Shown here: positions 62,011 to 64,000 of the stretch, piece after piece
Numbering within the stretch: the first letter of the stretch is position 1
How the letters are laid out: each line of letters begins with the position of its first letter
Origin: Elusimicrobiales bacterium
Lineage (GTDB): Bacteria; Elusimicrobiota; Elusimicrobia; Elusimicrobiales; UBA9959
Length of the DNA stretch: 64,000 bases
Reading direction: 5' to 3'
Assembly: GCA_031082205.1 (NCBI GenBank)
Contig: JAVHLJ010000003.1
Coordinates: 890 to 64,889, forward strand
The notes under the pieces: model-generated
The model's database searches: none
Told to the model about the DNA's origin: nothing
What the model saw: only the letters and a program-made list of their open reading frames with translations
Position numbers and translations under genes: made by a program

Positions 62011-64000
62011 TCACTCCGGGCAGGCCTTGAGTTCGGCCGCCGTGCGCCGGCGCATCTTTATCGCCCCGGCGAAGCATTTCTTGGCGCAGAGCGAGCAGCC
62101 TATGCACCTGGACGCGTCGAACCGCGGCACGCCCTTCTCGTCGAGCTTCACCGCCAGGTAGCCGCAGCGCTCGCAGTTGCCGCAGTGCCTGCAGAGCTCC
62201 GGGTCGGCCTCGGGTATGTTCTTTACCGGCGTGAGGTCCGGGAAGTCGGTGACGGGCTTGGGCAGGGCGCAGCCTATGAAGTCCCCGACCGACTTATAGC
62301 CCTTCTCTTCGAGCATGTGGCTCAGGCCCGATTCCAGTTCGCCGATGACGCCGAAGCCGTACTTCATGACCACGGTGCAGAACTGCACGGTCTTCGCTCC
62401 GAGGGCCAGGAAATGGGCCGCGGCCTTGTAGTCCATCGGACCGCCGTTGCCGGATATCGGCACGCCCAGGCTGACCGCCTTGGAGATGGTCAGGTTGCTG
62501 ATCGGGGCCACGCCGGCGCCGCTCATGCCGACTATCATGCCCTCTTCCCAGGCTCCCTTGCCGCTCATGCGCTTGCGGAAGGCCAGCGCCGGGAACGAAT
62601 TGGCCAGCGTGATGCCCGCCTTCTTGTGCGGGTACTTCGCGTAGACCTGCTTTATCGCGTTGACCACCTGCCAGATGGAGGTGACGGCGCCGGTCAGCTT
62701 GAACAGCTTCGGGATCTCCGGGTCGGAGACCTGCATCACCCAGTCTATGATCTTGGCCGCCAGCTCCGGGTCCTGCGAGACGATGTCGCCCTTGGTGCCG
62801 TCGCCGCCCTGCGGGCAGGACAGCGAATACTCTATGGCCATCGCGCCGGCCTTCTCGAGCTTGAGCGTGTTAGACTGCCAGCCTTTCCTGTCGAATTCGT
62901 CGTTGCCGGTCACGGGCCCGCCGGTCGAGGCGGCGGTAAGCCGGTCCGGGTATTCCTTAACCAGCCGCGCCACTTCCCTGCAGACGCGGTCGAGCGGGTG
63001 GCCGCTGACATTGTCCGAGTTGCCGTAGGTGTTCTCGTCGAAGGTGACCATGTACTCCGACGGTATGTGTATGTGCAGGCCGTCGAAGGCGGTCTTCATG
63101 ACCACGCCCGGCCAGCCGGCCTCGTAGGCCCGTTTCACCTGCTCGTAACCGTCGGAGTGGGGGGAAGCCGAGATTATGAACGGAGAGCTCAGCTTGCGGC
63201 CGAAGAAGTCGGTGGTCAGGTCTACGGGCCTCAGGTCGCGTCCGGCCAGTATGACATGGCTTTTCTTATGGTCCTTGAAGGACGGGACCGCCTTGCCCTG
63301 GATATACGCGTGGGCCTGCATCGCGGCGTTCTTGGCCGAGGCGGTGCCTTCCACCACGGTGGCCGCGCCGTCCTTGCAGTCGCCGGCGAGGAAGACTCCC
63401 TTCACGCCGGGGTCCTTGAAGACCGGGATGTTCTTGATGGCCAGGACTACGAACTGCACGTCGGTGCGGACCTGCTCCGTGCCGGGGATGTCCTTCGCTT
63501 TTTCGTCCAGGCGCACTATCTTTATGCCCTTGCCGCCTTTGAGTATGCCGGTTATGCGGCTGCGGCCGTTTATGTCTATGCCGGCCTTGAGTATGTCGCG
63601 CAGCTCATGCTCGGGCAGCTGTATGGAGCCGATGTTCTTGCGGGTGAATATTTCGGCCTTGGCCGCGCCCAGCTGCAGGGCCTTCATGGCGCAGTCGGCC
63701 GCCACGGCGCCGCCGCCTATGACGGCCACGTTCTTTCCTTTGACCTTGTACTTGCCGGAATTGCGCAGGTATTCGAGCCCCTCCACGCCGAGGGACTCGT
63801 TCTCTATGCCCAGCTTGAGCTGCTCCTCGACGCCGGCCGTGACTATGACCGCGCCGTATTTTTTCGCCAGGGCGGCCGGGTCCTTGACGGCCGAGCCGGT
63901 CTTTATGGAGATGTCGCCGAGCTTCTTGACCCACTCTATCTCGGTCTTCAGCACTTCCTTGGGGAAGCGCGCGTCGGGGATGAGGTTGCAGGCGCCGCCG
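62011..64000 (-). CDS. dihydropyrimidine-dehydrogenase-like / YgfK-like flavoprotein: GltD-type NAD(P)/FAD domain, DHOD-like TIM barrel and 2x[4Fe-4S]. The 5' end lies beyond the window.
   Basis: The frame stays open to nt 64000 (..GGACNLIPDARFPKEVLKTEIEW..). Motifs VIGGGAVAADCA, LSCPQ and GNGGP. C-terminal CRHCGNCERC and CIGCSLCAKKC. Confidence 0.85.
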   Translation of the reverse strand, partial: GGACNLIPDARFPKEVLKTEIEWVKKLGDISIKTGSAVKDPAALAKKYGAVIVTAGVEEQLKLGIENESLGVEGLEYLRNSGKYKVKGKNVAVIGGGAVAADCAMKALQLGAAKAEIFTRKNIGSIQLPEHELRDILKAGIDINGRSRITGILKGGKGIKIVRLDEKAKDIPGTEQVRTDVQFVVLAIKNIPVFKDPGVKGVFLAGDCKDGAATVVEGTASAKNAAMQAHAYIQGKAVPSFKDHKKSHVILAGRDLRPVDLTTDFFGRKLSSPFIISASPHSDGYEQVKRAYEAGWPGVVMKTAFDGLHIHIPSEYMVTFDENTYGNSDNVSGHPLDRVCREVARLVKEYPDRLTAASTGGPVTGNDEFDRKGWQSNTLKLEKAGAMAIEYSLSCPQGGDGTKGDIVSQDPELAAKIIDWVMQVSDPEIPKLFKLTGAVTSIWQVVNAIKQVYAKYPHKKAGITLANSFPALAFRKRMSGKGAWEEGMIVGMSGAGVAPISNLTISKAVSLGVPISGNGGPMDYKAAAHFLALGAKTVQFCTVVMKYGFGVIGELESGLSHMLEEKGYKSVGDFIGCALPKPVTDFPDLTPVKNIPEADPELCRHCGNCERCGYLAVKLDEKGVPRFDASRCIGCSLCAKKCFAGAIKMRRRTAAELKACPE

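Overview
The window is visibly GC-rich (roughly two-thirds G+C by eye, not computed) and very gene-dense. It looks like core chromosome from a diderm bacterium, since it carries LolCDE, TolC/MacAB and outer-membrane proteins ending in a terminal Phe. The metabolism looks anaerobic or microaerobic (NrfHA nitrite ammonification, Etf/acyl-CoA dehydrogenase, THF-dependent histidine degradation).

I call 57 protein-coding genes, two of them truncated by the window edges. They lie in four strand blocks: + for 1-13.6 kb, mostly - for 13.7-29.8 kb, + for 29.9-59.5 kb, and - for 60-64 kb. Many neighbouring genes share 4-nt ATGA stop/start overlaps. I found no rRNA, tRNA, CRISPR array, transposase, integrase island, phage genes or recognisable defence genes. 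The many long antisense ORFs in the track are Arg/Pro/Gly/Ala-rich GC shadow ORFs.

I do not see an obvious new multi-gene system, and most of the window is ordinary. These observations deserve a second look:

1. A 457-bp non-coding gap (59504-59960). About 430 bp of it is bounded by perfect 14-bp inverted repeats and packed with long perfect helices and short repeats. It could be a structured RNA, a MITE or a REP cluster.
2. An orphan unit at 40783-40897, upstream of the ftcD-acd-etfBA operon, made of a consensus promoter, two hairpins and an intrinsic terminator. It is a candidate sRNA or riboswitch-like leader.
3. An 86-bp Correia-like inverted-repeat element immediately after that unit (40908-40993), with a related half copy at 8856-8878.
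4. Several unusual gene contexts:
   - a short split ccsB/ccsA pair placed directly upstream of nrfHA;
   - a hut operon interrupted by yajQ and extended by HAD, DUF71 and SIS genes;
   - a CsgG-family three-lipoprotein operon with no curli subunits;
   - mcsAB coupled to lolCDE.
5. ATA is the most frequent Ile codon in the two stretches I counted, despite the high GC content.

All functional calls rest on motifs I recognised by eye. No database search was run.
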